Source: Candidatus Micrarchaeota archaeon
GTDB lineage: Archaea > Micrarchaeota > Micrarchaeia > Anstonellales > JAGGVH01
NCBI GenBank assembly: GCA_021158105.1
Contig: JAGGVH010000037.1
Location: 1-40,904, forward strand
Length of the DNA: 40,904 nucleotides
Direction of reading: 5' to 3'
Shown: positions 19,793 through 28,656 of the stretch, piece by piece
How positions within the stretch are numbered: the stretch's first letter is position 1
Layout of the letters: each line of letters opens with the position of its first letter
Notes under the pieces: model-generated
Told to the model about the DNA's origin: nothing
The model's input: only the letters and a program-made list of their open reading frames with translations
Databases searched by the model: none
Program-made: the position numbers and the translations under genes

Positions 19793-19832
19793 TTATGTGT
19801 GAAAATGTTTAAAAATATTGAGTATGTTGGGA
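19793..19832 (-). promoter_or_regulatory. Archaeal promoter (TATA-like TTTTTAAA on the minus strand) with a conserved element shared with the 39264..39307 copy
   Basis: Plus-strand ATTATGTGTGAAAATGTTTAAAAATATTGAG... The TATA centre is about 53 bp upstream of the 19758 start codon. It is nearly identical over about 29 bp to the sequence upstream of the DprA-like gene. Confidence 0.45.
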
Positions 19833-19878
19833 GATTTAGAAAACAGAAAGATTTATTTAATTTTATATAGTTAAATAT

Positions 19879-20586
19879 GTGATGTTTAACCCATTAAACT
19901 CAGTAGGATGGATAATAAAGAACGGAATAAAAGTTTTAATATTAATAGTCATCATTGGTTTAATCCTGTTCTTTTTGTACTCACCAGATAAAAATAAATA
20001 TTTAGGATCTCTCCCAAATTTTTTAAACAATGGTAATGACGAAAATGCTGATATAGTTTCTTTTGAGCCTGAGAAAGTTAAAGAATTTTATGATGCTGTA
20101 TTAACAGAAGACACGTTAGATAACCTAAAGGGTAACATCCCAAAAGTAAAAAATATTAGTTGCAATAATGATGAATGCAACATAACCACAGAATATAAGA
20201 CAGAGAATGGAACAATGACTGAAAACATTACAATGATAAATGGTAACATACTAAATCCATCATCAGAGTATATTATACCAGACCCTGAACATGCAATTTA
20301 TACTGGCAACGGCGACATTTCAGAAACAGACGAGTATTCTAATCCTTCAATAGAAAAGAATACATTAAACATTTCTGTTGAAGGTGATATTAATTGCGGT
20401 ATTAATGTTTCTGAAGTTATTTATTCATTATATCCGAATGGAAATGTTTACATTGTCATATCAGGAACGTCAAAGCAACCAGAAGATTGCATCACTCACA
20501 AAATATATTCTGTTTCAGTTCCACTGCCAAAAGATTATAAAGTCAGAAAAACGTATGTTACATTCCCTTATGGAAAAAAGGTGTAA
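19879..20586 (+). CDS. Hypothetical secreted/membrane-anchored protein
   Basis: N-terminal TM anchor (ILIVIIGLILFFLY), Asn-rich with many N-x-S/T sequons, and several Cys. Confidence 0.45.
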   Translation: MMFNPLNSVGWIIKNGIKVLILIVIIGLILFFLYSPDKNKYLGSLPNFLNNGNDENADIVSFEPEKVKEFYDAVLTEDTLDNLKGNIPKVKNISCNNDECNITTEYKTENGTMTENITMINGNILNPSSEYIIPDPEHAIYTGNGDISETDEYSNPSIEKNTLNISVEGDINCGINVSEVIYSLYPNGNVYIVISGTSKQPEDCITHKIYSVSVPLPKDYKVRKTYVTFPYGKKV

Positions 20587-20591
20587 AACAC

Positions 20592-21221
20592 TTATCTGAT
20601 TACCATTGGTCTCCTCTTCAAAACTGTTCCAATCCTGTTTTTTAATTTCTCAGGAACATTATACTTTTCATAACATTGCTGCCATAAATCGTTTAAAGCC
20701 TGCTTAGGATTATCAGAATTCTGCACTTCACTGTGCAAAGAAAGCAAATTTGACAACATATTGATGTAACTTTCGGATATCCTCCTGTGGACATACCACT
20801 CGGAAATCATCTGGTCGAATAGATTTTTTTCAACAGTACCATTATACCTGTGCTCTCTTTTAAAAATATTGAACGCCGCAATGCCTACCCTTTCTACGTT
20901 TAAGATATCTATACGTTTATCACCAGTAAACTTCATAAGATATGCTGCCAGATATAGATATTTCCCATGAGTTTCAGCCAATTCTTCTAAGCATTCAACC
21001 TTGGTTTCTATGTCAATCTCTTTGTCGCCCAATATAAAGAAGGCAAGAGATGACGTACCAGGCGTTTTTGCCATCTCATCTATAATCTCACGATTGTCAG
21101 ACCAAATCCCTTTCCGTAAAACATTAAGAATTCTTTTTTTAGCATTATACTTTTCACTGTTTGTAGCATCTTCAGAAACCCAAATCTTTATGTCATCTTT
21201 TGGGTTATAGTTGTCAGCCAT
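20592..21221 (-). CDS. Hypothetical protein
   Basis: The ORF was trimmed to the internal ATG at 21221 (MADNYNPKDD...). The 27 upstream residues (MYLCVKHYLNLCTVF...) look like translated promoter sequence. Confidence 0.45.
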   Translation of the reverse strand: MADNYNPKDDIKIWVSEDATNSEKYNAKKRILNVLRKGIWSDNREIIDEMAKTPGTSSLAFFILGDKEIDIETKVECLEELAETHGKYLYLAAYLMKFTGDKRIDILNVERVGIAAFNIFKREHRYNGTVEKNLFDQMISEWYVHRRISESYINMLSNLLSLHSEVQNSDNPKQALNDLWQQCYEKYNVPEKLKNRIGTVLKRRPMVIR

Positions 21222-21304
21222 AATTTTATTTTGAAAGTATAAGTTTAAAATTCTTTTGAAAACAGTACAAAGGTTTAAATAATGTTTCACACATAAATAC
21301 ATAT

Positions 21305-22321
21305 ATGGCGACTAAAAATAAAACATTATTGAAAAAATATAAAAAAAGTAAATCAAAAATTATAAAATATCTTTTAATGTCATCGCTCATTGGAAGTGTA
21401 ATGACTGGGGGATATGTTGGAATTAAAACATTCTATAACCACAAAAAATACATTGAAACAATGAATAGTATGAGGATAAACGACCCAGTATTGAAAATGC
21501 ACACTTTTAATGAAGATACAATGTTTGTTCATATCAATGAAAAGGAGGAATATAAATGTTTTATGTTAAAAATGATTGTGCGTAAAGTCGTAAATTCGGA
21601 TATCTTAGATGGAGAAGAAGAGATATACTCAAAACTTGGGATAGACTTAAAAAATGAAGATTTGACACCAAAAACAAATGATACATTATCACTGATTTTT
21701 CCGACATATCATCAAAATAATCGTATAAACATTTATCCTGATAGGAAATTAATACTGATAGGTAAGCTTTATGAAAAGTTTTTTCCAGGTGATTCATTTT
21801 ATAATGCAATAGGCAAAGGAGTGTTTTATACACTGATTCCCGGTCCTGCAATAAGTGAGCTATTTGATAGGAATACTCAAAAAAAATATATCTCAGCAGC
21901 TTCTGATGCACAATTTAATAATGTGTTTGATTTGTTTAAACAGAATGGTACTTGTTATCAACAATCATTAGCCATAGTTTCAATCCTTCACAGCTATGGA
22001 ATAAAAGCAGGAATCGTTGGACTGCTTAGCCCTTTTGACACTGAAGGTCATGTTGTAGTGTTCATACCTGATGAAAACATAATAATTGACCCAACTACTG
22101 CATTGACAGGCAACACAGTCTATCATGGATTTGATAAATATTTTAATGATGTTGGCTTACCAATTTCAAAGCCACAGATATACATGATAAATAGTGTTTC
22201 TTCTTATGATGATGAATATTATGAGTTGGCAGATATCAAACATTCTAAAAAGATTATCAAAAAACTTGAAAAGATTGGCGCGCTTGCGAAATATGTATCC
22301 ATCTTTAATTTGGAAGATTAA
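21305..22321 (+). CDS. Transglutaminase-like cysteine protease superfamily protein, membrane-anchored
   Basis: N-terminal TM helix. The Cys-His-Asp arrangement GTCYQQSLAIVSILHSYG ... EGHVVVFIPDENIIIDPT is typical of the transglutaminase-like core. Confidence 0.5.
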   Translation: MATKNKTLLKKYKKSKSKIIKYLLMSSLIGSVMTGGYVGIKTFYNHKKYIETMNSMRINDPVLKMHTFNEDTMFVHINEKEEYKCFMLKMIVRKVVNSDILDGEEEIYSKLGIDLKNEDLTPKTNDTLSLIFPTYHQNNRINIYPDRKLILIGKLYEKFFPGDSFYNAIGKGVFYTLIPGPAISELFDRNTQKKYISAASDAQFNNVFDLFKQNGTCYQQSLAIVSILHSYGIKAGIVGLLSPFDTEGHVVVFIPDENIIIDPTTALTGNTVYHGFDKYFNDVGLPISKPQIYMINSVSSYDDEYYELADIKHSKKIIKKLEKIGALAKYVSIFNLED

Positions 22322-22367
22322 CGATAAAAGTTAACTTTTTAAACTCTTTTAAAAAGAATAATACAAT

Positions 22368-22544
22368 GGGCCCGTAGCTCAGCTTGGATAGAGCGGCAAT
22401 CGCGTTGACTGTAAGCCTTCTAAGCTGATGGTCGAGGGTTCCGACCTTTTTTCTTTCAAAAAGAAAAAAGGTACGTTATCAAAAAAGAAACGTACTGAAA
22501 ACTGAAAAGAGAAAACAGGTCGCCTAAAAATCCCTTCGGGCCCG
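22368..22544 (+). tRNA. Intron-containing tRNA, probable tRNA-Arg (anticodon UCU); exons 22368-22441 (with an internal ~16-nt insertion) and 22528-22544
   Basis: 5' acceptor GGGCCCG pairs perfectly with CGGGCCC at 22537-22543, followed by discriminator G. The D arm is canonical: GCTC/AGCTTGGATA/GAGC. The anticodon loop is CTTCTAA (C32 U33 UCU A37 A38) with stem TAAGC/GCTGA (one A.G mismatch). The variable loop is TGGTC. The T stem is GAGGG...CCCTT, and joining the exons gives T loop TTC|AAAT. Confidence 0.55.
22442..22527 (+). other. 86-nt tRNA intron at non-canonical position 56/57 (T loop) with bulge-helix-bulge motif
   Basis: BHB: central 4-bp helix GGGT(51-54)/GCCT(22522-25) (G.U, G:C, G:C, U.G), 3-nt bulges UC|C and AA|A with cuts after the 2nd nt, intron-intron helix GACC(22443-46)/GGTC(22518-21). 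An internal hairpin GTACGTT...AACGTAC is also present. Confidence 0.5.
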
Positions 22545-22595
22545 AACCTATTTATGCTTTTTCTTTTCCAATAAAATATAAAAAAGAAGAAAGGT

Positions 22596-24308
22596 TTAAC
22601 CACAGGTTGCAGTTGAACCTGATGATGAACTGCCACTGGCCACTGGACCAAAACTGGGTGCTGCATTGCCATAACTGCTCAAATCTGTATCACACTCAGG
22701 TGGTTTGTCTTTAAGGCGCGCGCATATAATTTCTTTTATTTCTTCTGCATTTCTTGGCATTTGAACCTTTTTACCGTTTAAAACAGACGTTGGCGACCCT
22801 CTAACACCATACTCATCGTTTTCATCTGCATATATTGGAAAAGAGGTTCCCTGAATACCGTATGTATCTGTTGTCTCGTTTGCACATTGCGAAATGACAG
22901 TCTTGTCAATCTCCATCTTGTCCATACAATCGTCTGCTTTGCCAGCCTCAACAAAACACTCTAAGTAATCCCAAAACTTGTCAGGATAATTCTTGTTGAT
23001 GCAGTATTCGTCCAAATTGTCACTGGTTTCCTGTGGACCGTGCATAGTATACTGTACAAACTTATTATTTATACTGACACTTGAAACGTTTTCAAACAGT
23101 TCTGCCACTGGTATGACTGCCTTTTGCATTTGCAATCCAAAAGGACAATGCGACATTATGTATATGTCAAGTGTAACATTGTTATACCCATCCCCGATAT
23201 AATTCTTCAAATCAGGAGACTTCAGTTCAACTGAAAATGCATCGTCATTCTCATTGACTGTGTAATACCGGGTGGAATTAAGCTTACTTATCATTTCTTG
23301 TTTGTCATCACTACTGATGTTTGTTATCTCTAAATATGGAAGATAATCCGCACTAATGTTATCAGTTGTAGAGTTGTAGGTTTTAGTAGTGTAATCCAAC
23401 TTTATACCAATATTTTCTAACCCATCAAAATATTTCTCATCACCGGAAGTCTTAACATACAATATCCCCTGTGCTTCAATCACCTTTCCAAGGTAATGGT
23501 CTGCATCACTCAATAAAATCGGCTCACCCACATATTCATTGTCCATATCTTTAATGCTCCAACCAATTTGCGGGGCAATTTGTGGATTAATCAACTGAGG
23601 AAACACTAAATCAACTGCGATTTTATTATCCTTGTCCAATTTTGTCTTATCAAGAACAAAAACAGGAGCATGCTCAACACCATACCTTTCAAGCTCCTTT
23701 TTAGTGTCATCATCCAGCGTAACGTATTGATAGTCAAATGTCAACCCATAATATTGTTTCAATGAATCAAAAAAGTTTAATGCTGACTTGTCGTCATCAT
23801 TAACTATGTAGACTGTTGCATTGACAGGTTCAACATCGGGTTTTGTACATCCCGAATAATCGCACATGTTGCCAGCAGTTATCGCAGGATTGGCTGACAT
23901 CTGAACAGGAAGGTAGTTGCTATTAAGAATATAATACAGAAAACTACCCTTTTTGTTTTTGATATTATCCTGCAACATTGCAACGTCCTGGTCATACGTC
24001 GGATTTTGCTGTTTACATATTGTTTCAGCATCACTAGACTTATTATAAAGCACCTTGCTAAAATCAACACATCGTGTTTGTATGTTTGCACCGGTCAACT
24101 CGCTTAAACGCGAAATTATTACAGCACTTGAATTGTCCCTCGGGTCAGTAAACAGAACAAAGTTGCCTGCCCCGGATCCAGACAGGTTTGTTGAGTTAGC
24201 TCCTGGCGTGCCAGGCCCCGGACCTATGCCCGGGATTGTACATCCTGACATAAACATCAATCCAAACGCTAACGTAAATGCTAAAGTTAATAGGATTACA
24301 TTTCTCAT
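22596..24308 (-). CDS. Secreted lipoprotein-like protein with thioredoxin-fold-like repeats
   Basis: Signal peptide plus Cys (LMFMSGCTIPG) followed by a Gly/Pro/Ser linker. There are many N-x-S/T sequons and a C-terminal HCPFG monothiol motif with other Cys. Confidence 0.5.
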   Translation of the reverse strand: MRNVILLTLAFTLAFGLMFMSGCTIPGIGPGPGTPGANSTNLSGSGAGNFVLFTDPRDNSSAVIISRLSELTGANIQTRCVDFSKVLYNKSSDAETICKQQNPTYDQDVAMLQDNIKNKKGSFLYYILNSNYLPVQMSANPAITAGNMCDYSGCTKPDVEPVNATVYIVNDDDKSALNFFDSLKQYYGLTFDYQYVTLDDDTKKELERYGVEHAPVFVLDKTKLDKDNKIAVDLVFPQLINPQIAPQIGWSIKDMDNEYVGEPILLSDADHYLGKVIEAQGILYVKTSGDEKYFDGLENIGIKLDYTTKTYNSTTDNISADYLPYLEITNISSDDKQEMISKLNSTRYYTVNENDDAFSVELKSPDLKNYIGDGYNNVTLDIYIMSHCPFGLQMQKAVIPVAELFENVSSVSINNKFVQYTMHGPQETSDNLDEYCINKNYPDKFWDYLECFVEAGKADDCMDKMEIDKTVISQCANETTDTYGIQGTSFPIYADENDEYGVRGSPTSVLNGKKVQMPRNAEEIKEIICARLKDKPPECDTDLSSYGNAAPSFGPVASGSSSSGSTATCG

Positions 24309-24429
24309 GTTTTACACCTCCAAACTTTTCAAATTCAGTTCTACTTACTAAGAATAAAGGCACTCGCCCCCGTTACTAATACTCATTATGATAACTTTAA
24401 ATATGTTTCGATATTGTTCGGCTTAAACT

Positions 24430-25431
24430 TTATTCATTAAACACATAATCACACTGTTCTGGCATGTCAAGCTGTGCTGAGAGGAACAGCTTAACATAAC
24501 CAATTATAGGTATACGGAAAATAATCCTTCCTTTAATATTATCCTCAGGAATAAGATGATTACCACCGTAACCCGGATAATAAACCTGAAGGTCAGTAAT
24601 CTGGTTATTATCACCCTTTGTAAGATAATATATCCCCTTCTTTGTCTTTATCTTAACAACTGCACGGTGGACGATGTCGCCAACATAAGAAAACAAGTCG
24701 CCTTTGTTAGGCTGATAAACAACAATACTACCATCATCACTGTGGGGATAAAGCTTAATTTCCTGGGCAGTATCAACCTTTTTTACTGACACTACACACG
24801 GCACATAGAACATATCACCATCCTTTATGTTACGCCTCTCACATTTTCCATAATGAAATTCCAACTGTCCATGCCGTTCAACAAACTTATCAGGATTAGT
24901 AACATACAATGCACAGAATGGGTCATCACGGTTTAACATACAAAAACTGTCTATTGAACCATTGACAACCTTTGAAACGTTGCCTATTGTAACCACAGCC
25001 TCAGGACCGATATCAGACACATCATCAAGGTATAGCGTTCCATAAGTATTAAATTCATCACCGCGCACCAATACCATGTCACCCCTCTCAAGATTTGGAA
25101 GCATTGAACATGACACTACTGCACTGATAGGTGTTGATGTGTTCAACAAGAATGATATGCCATACCAAATACTAACCGCTACAAGCAATCCGACTACCAA
25201 CTCTTTAAGCTCAGACTTGATCCCACCAGTCAATACTCCTTTTATCACATCTTCAACAACCATTAAAACAAAAACCAATCCCAACATTAAACCATAAAAA
25301 TTCCCATGGAATATGATAAACATCACAGCAAACAACAAAAACAGTATTATTAATACATAATATTTATCAATAACTTTAAAGAAATCCAAAATCTTTTGTT
25401 TAGTATTATCCTTCAAATAATTCACCGTCAC
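24430..25431 (-). CDS. Signal peptidase I, archaeal/ER (Sec11) type
   Basis: Has box B/C SCSMLPNLERGDMVLVRG (compare SGSMxP...GD), box D GDIVHRAVVK with the catalytic His, and box E TKGDNN. N-terminal TM segments are present. Confidence 0.65.
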   Translation of the reverse strand: MTVNYLKDNTKQKILDFFKVIDKYYVLIILFLLFAVMFIIFHGNFYGLMLGLVFVLMVVEDVIKGVLTGGIKSELKELVVGLLVAVSIWYGISFLLNTSTPISAVVSCSMLPNLERGDMVLVRGDEFNTYGTLYLDDVSDIGPEAVVTIGNVSKVVNGSIDSFCMLNRDDPFCALYVTNPDKFVERHGQLEFHYGKCERRNIKDGDMFYVPCVVSVKKVDTAQEIKLYPHSDDGSIVVYQPNKGDLFSYVGDIVHRAVVKIKTKKGIYYLTKGDNNQITDLQVYYPGYGGNHLIPEDNIKGRIIFRIPIIGYVKLFLSAQLDMPEQCDYVFNE

Positions 25432-25439
25432 TTAAAAAG

Positions 25440-25703
25440 TTAAAACAATGAACTTTCTAAAGAATCTATAACCTTATCGAGTTTTCCCAACCCTTTCATA
25501 ATCCTATCAATCGGCTTGCCCTTCTTTGTCCTAACCATTAAAATTACATTTTCAACCTGTGGATGCTCCTGCAACGCCGAAACAAACTCAACATCACTAT
25601 CTTCTGCGAGCACATCCCTAAGCGCATAGAAGATTGAAGGGTCTTCATCTATAAATTTAAGTTCAACATAATTGTCTTCATTCTTAACTATCTCAATGTT
25701 CAT
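25440..25703 (-). CDS. rpoL: DNA-directed RNA polymerase subunit L (Rpo11)
   Basis: MNIEIVKNEDNYVELKFIDEDPSIFYALRDVL...VEFVSALQEHPQVENVILMVRTKKGKP follows the RpoL pattern. The start was moved to the internal ATG at 25703 (MNIEIV). Confidence 0.6.
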   Translation of the reverse strand: MNIEIVKNEDNYVELKFIDEDPSIFYALRDVLAEDSDVEFVSALQEHPQVENVILMVRTKKGKPIDRIMKGLGKLDKVIDSLESSLF

Positions 25704-25744
25704 CTTATCACCTTCCTTCTTATCCCTTCCCCTTTTATATCTAA

Positions 25745-26509
25745 TCATTTTTTCTTCAACATTTTCTTTATTTTGTTAACAACCTGCTCGCGTTTACTGT
25801 GTTTGGTTTCTGTTTTACCATAAACCCTCTTCCTACGATTTGTCTCGTACGACTTTTTATATTTTGGAACTTCACTGTGATTACGCTCATGTTCATGACC
25901 CCTATGAGTTCTGCCGCGCCCGGCTGAATGGTCGTTGTAACTTGTCCTGCGGCTGCTTCTCCTATGACTTAAACTACGTTCTCTACTTCTATGGCCTGTT
26001 CCGCGGTCACGACTTCCACGGTCCCTGGCAGATGAAGATGATTTAGGTTTAATCTTGCGTCCAAAACGCGGGATTACCACGCCCAACCCTTTACCTTCCA
26101 TACTAATATCAACAACATTCTTACGCGGGCTATACTTTATAACTTCTGCACGGATTATGTCGCCTATCATCAATACGTCTCTCATCTCTTTAACATAACC
26201 ATAACCCAACTTTGATATGTGAAGTGCTGCCCAAATGTCAGGGTTGGCATACCTGACATCTTCTTCATTCTCTGCAGGTATGATGGACACAATAGCCATT
26301 GAACCTAATATGTTTTCAACCATGCCATAAACGACTGTGCCCGGCGACAGGTTTAAAACCCTCTTAACAGGATTAACATTAACTTCACCGCTCTTATTCT
26401 CAGACTCGCCGACCACTAATGAATATATCTCATCATTTTCTAAATAGGTATACTCGCCACTCATAAATTCTTCTGACGACCCTAATTCTGAACCAGGATA
26501 AACTCGCAT
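25745..26509 (-). CDS. csl4: Exosome RNA-binding subunit Csl4 with S1 domain; zinc-ribbon replaced by Arg/Ser/His-rich low-complexity tail
   Basis: VYPGSELGSSEEFMSGEYTY and AALHISKLGYGYVKEMRDVLMIGDIIRAEVIKY align closely with archaeal Csl4 N-terminal and S1 regions. The C-terminal 100 aa (SSSSARDRGSRDRGTGHRSRERSLSHRRSSRRTSYNDHSAGRGRTHRGHEHERNH...) has no CxxC pairs. The gene is adjacent to rpoL, as in other archaea. Confidence 0.7.
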   Translation of the reverse strand: MRVYPGSELGSSEEFMSGEYTYLENDEIYSLVVGESENKSGEVNVNPVKRVLNLSPGTVVYGMVENILGSMAIVSIIPAENEEDVRYANPDIWAALHISKLGYGYVKEMRDVLMIGDIIRAEVIKYSPRKNVVDISMEGKGLGVVIPRFGRKIKPKSSSSARDRGSRDRGTGHRSRERSLSHRRSSRRTSYNDHSAGRGRTHRGHEHERNHSEVPKYKKSYETNRRKRVYGKTETKHSKREQVVNKIKKMLKKK

Positions 26510-26562
26510 GGGTTATGTTTAGTTAAAATGGGTTTATAAACGTTTTGATAAAAAACAAAAGG

Positions 26563-27252
26563 TCATCTGACAACAGTTCCCCTGTGAGCTTCTCCTCTCA
26601 ACGCCTTTGCCACATCATTCACGTTCTTTGCACTTATAAAGTGCAGTTCAATCCTGTGCCTCTTTGCAAGCTTAGCAGCCTTCTGGTCAAAGATTATGTT
26701 CTGACTGGGAGCATACCCTTTATTTGTTACAATACTAACAAGTTCATCGTGTGACATTGTTTTAATCTTAACTGCATTCTTATGTTTGCGCGGGTCCATG
26801 TTATACACTGCATCAACATTACTGATGTTTATAACTTTTAAAGCGCCAGAGTTCGCTGCCAACCTTACTGAAACATAATCTGTTGTATGGCCGGGTTGTG
26901 TGCCCCCCATGAAAACATAGTCATGCCTCTCCATTGCACGCGATGCACATGATACTGTCCGGCACACATCATGAAAAACGTTTAAGCCGTAACCGGCAAA
27001 ACAACTTAACACTGCCTGTGCATTGACACGTGTTGAATATATGCCAATCATATCAAGGAGGTAACTGTCATCATTTATCCTTCTGACTTCAGCAACCATA
27101 TTGCGCGCCAGTCGTCCGCCACCGATGACAATCCCAAACTTATACATCTTAATACCTTTTAACAACTCACAAAAATGCGTTATAAACTGGATATTAAGCC
27201 TTCCGGGATTAACCACGCTCCCGCCCAACGAAAAAATTATCCTTTTCTTCAT
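26563..27252 (-). CDS. pyrH: Uridylate (UMP) kinase
   Basis: IIFSLGGSVV and GIVIGGG carry the amino-acid-kinase fold motifs. The length (about 229 aa) is typical of archaeal PyrH. Confidence 0.75.
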   Translation of the reverse strand: MKKRIIFSLGGSVVNPGRLNIQFITHFCELLKGIKMYKFGIVIGGGRLARNMVAEVRRINDDSYLLDMIGIYSTRVNAQAVLSCFAGYGLNVFHDVCRTVSCASRAMERHDYVFMGGTQPGHTTDYVSVRLAANSGALKVINISNVDAVYNMDPRKHKNAVKIKTMSHDELVSIVTNKGYAPSQNIIFDQKAAKLAKRHRIELHFISAKNVNDVAKALRGEAHRGTVVR

Positions 27253-27263
27253 TAAACCACCTT

Positions 27264-28508
27264 TTAATACAACAATCCAAAAACATAAAGCGGAATTTCA
27301 TTATCTTTGAACATAATGGTTTCCTTTACTAAATAACCATTCTTTTTATTTTTAAGTTGTGCCCACCTCTTTGCCTCCCCGCCTATTTCAAATATATTCT
27401 CCCCTATGATGTAGTCAGGAGTTCTCCGTTCTACTCCGGTTTTCAGATATTTTGCATTACCAACATGCTGTATAAAAAAATCTTCCCTTATCCCACCAAG
27501 GGAAGGAGTTATACCATAACTTTTACACAATGCACTCCTGAAAGATAAAGGCATTAAAAGTTTATCTTCACTTCTTATTGCTTTGTGCCCAACACCTTCT
27601 GGAGGTATGACATATAATAATCCTGAATATGACAACATCTTTACAATTTCCTGAGCAACCTTTGTGCCTCTATCAATACTGTTTGCAATACGTGTATAAC
27701 TTACCTCTCCAGGTGGAGAACTTGCAATAAATTTTACTACTTTAAACACTGAATCAATATAATGCACATCAACCTCCCTCAAAGATTGCAGGTCATACCT
27801 AACAATCCTTTCCAAGATATTAATGTAAACGTCAGGTTTATCATTAAAAAAACAAGCAGGAAGTGCATTCTGCTGTGTGTAAATCCCAAATTCATTAATG
27901 TAAGGCATAATCTGTTTAACGATTTTTCTAAGTTTGTTTGGAGCAAGTATATCTGAAAGTTCTATTCTATTTATACCCTTCTTGACTTTGAAATATAAGT
28001 ATTCCCTGAAAGATAATGGTTTGAGTTTAAATATTGTTGCACGCCTGGACAATTCTGATCCTTTTGTTTTAAGCGCAACTGCTGAAGAACCAGTTATGAC
28101 AATATTCGAATGTGTTTCATCATAAAATATTTTAATATCCTTTTCCCAGTCAGGAATAGAATGAATTTCATCTATAAGAAAAGTAGTATAGCCCATAATC
28201 TCAAAATAATGCAATATATCCAACAAATTAACACCATACTTAAGAATGATGTCGCCATTCAGATATATAGATTTTTCAATAGAATATAATAAAGTTGAAA
28301 GGATAGTCGTCTTGCCAACACCTCTCAGCCCAGATATAATATACAACCCTTTTTTAGATTTAATTTGCGAGATAATTTCTATGCTAGAATACCTGAGGTT
28401 ATCTACTCTTGCCTGTTCTGCAGTTTTCATTGACATTGTCATTATATTAGTAAACAAAATTTCCTGCATATGTATTTTAAGAACAATAAGGTTTATATTT
28501 GTTTCCAT
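27264..28508 (-). CDS. AAA+ ATPase, COG1373 family (AAA_14 + DUF4143)
   Basis: Walker A YIISGLRGVGKTTILSTL and Walker B FLIDEIH are present, with a DUF4143-like C-terminal half. It is paralogous to 39421..40623. Confidence 0.65.
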   Translation of the reverse strand: METNINLIVLKIHMQEILFTNIMTMSMKTAEQARVDNLRYSSIEIISQIKSKKGLYIISGLRGVGKTTILSTLLYSIEKSIYLNGDIILKYGVNLLDILHYFEIMGYTTFLIDEIHSIPDWEKDIKIFYDETHSNIVITGSSAVALKTKGSELSRRATIFKLKPLSFREYLYFKVKKGINRIELSDILAPNKLRKIVKQIMPYINEFGIYTQQNALPACFFNDKPDVYINILERIVRYDLQSLREVDVHYIDSVFKVVKFIASSPPGEVSYTRIANSIDRGTKVAQEIVKMLSYSGLLYVIPPEGVGHKAIRSEDKLLMPLSFRSALCKSYGITPSLGGIREDFFIQHVGNAKYLKTGVERRTPDYIIGENIFEIGGEAKRWAQLKNKKNGYLVKETIMFKDNEIPLYVFGLLY

Positions 28509-28656
28509 GTAACCATAAACTTATAGTTTTTTGTGCTTTATACAACATAAAATAAGACACATCTTGACAGTTTGTAACATTTAGGATACAAACTTTTACT
28601 ATTTTATGGATACTGTGACACAAATTTAAATAAATCAACAAACCACTTATAACACT

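Noticed and set aside
22447-22527. Possible box C/D sRNA inside the tRNA intron
   Set aside because: Some archaeal tRNA introns carry C/D guides. Two CTGA (box D-like) motifs are present, but there is no RUGAUGA box C or C', so there is no support.
22379-22672. 97-aa minus-strand ORF overlapping the tRNA and its intron
   Set aside because: It lies antisense to a structured RNA gene and is F- and K-rich purely from the A/T homopolymers in the intron. It is spurious.
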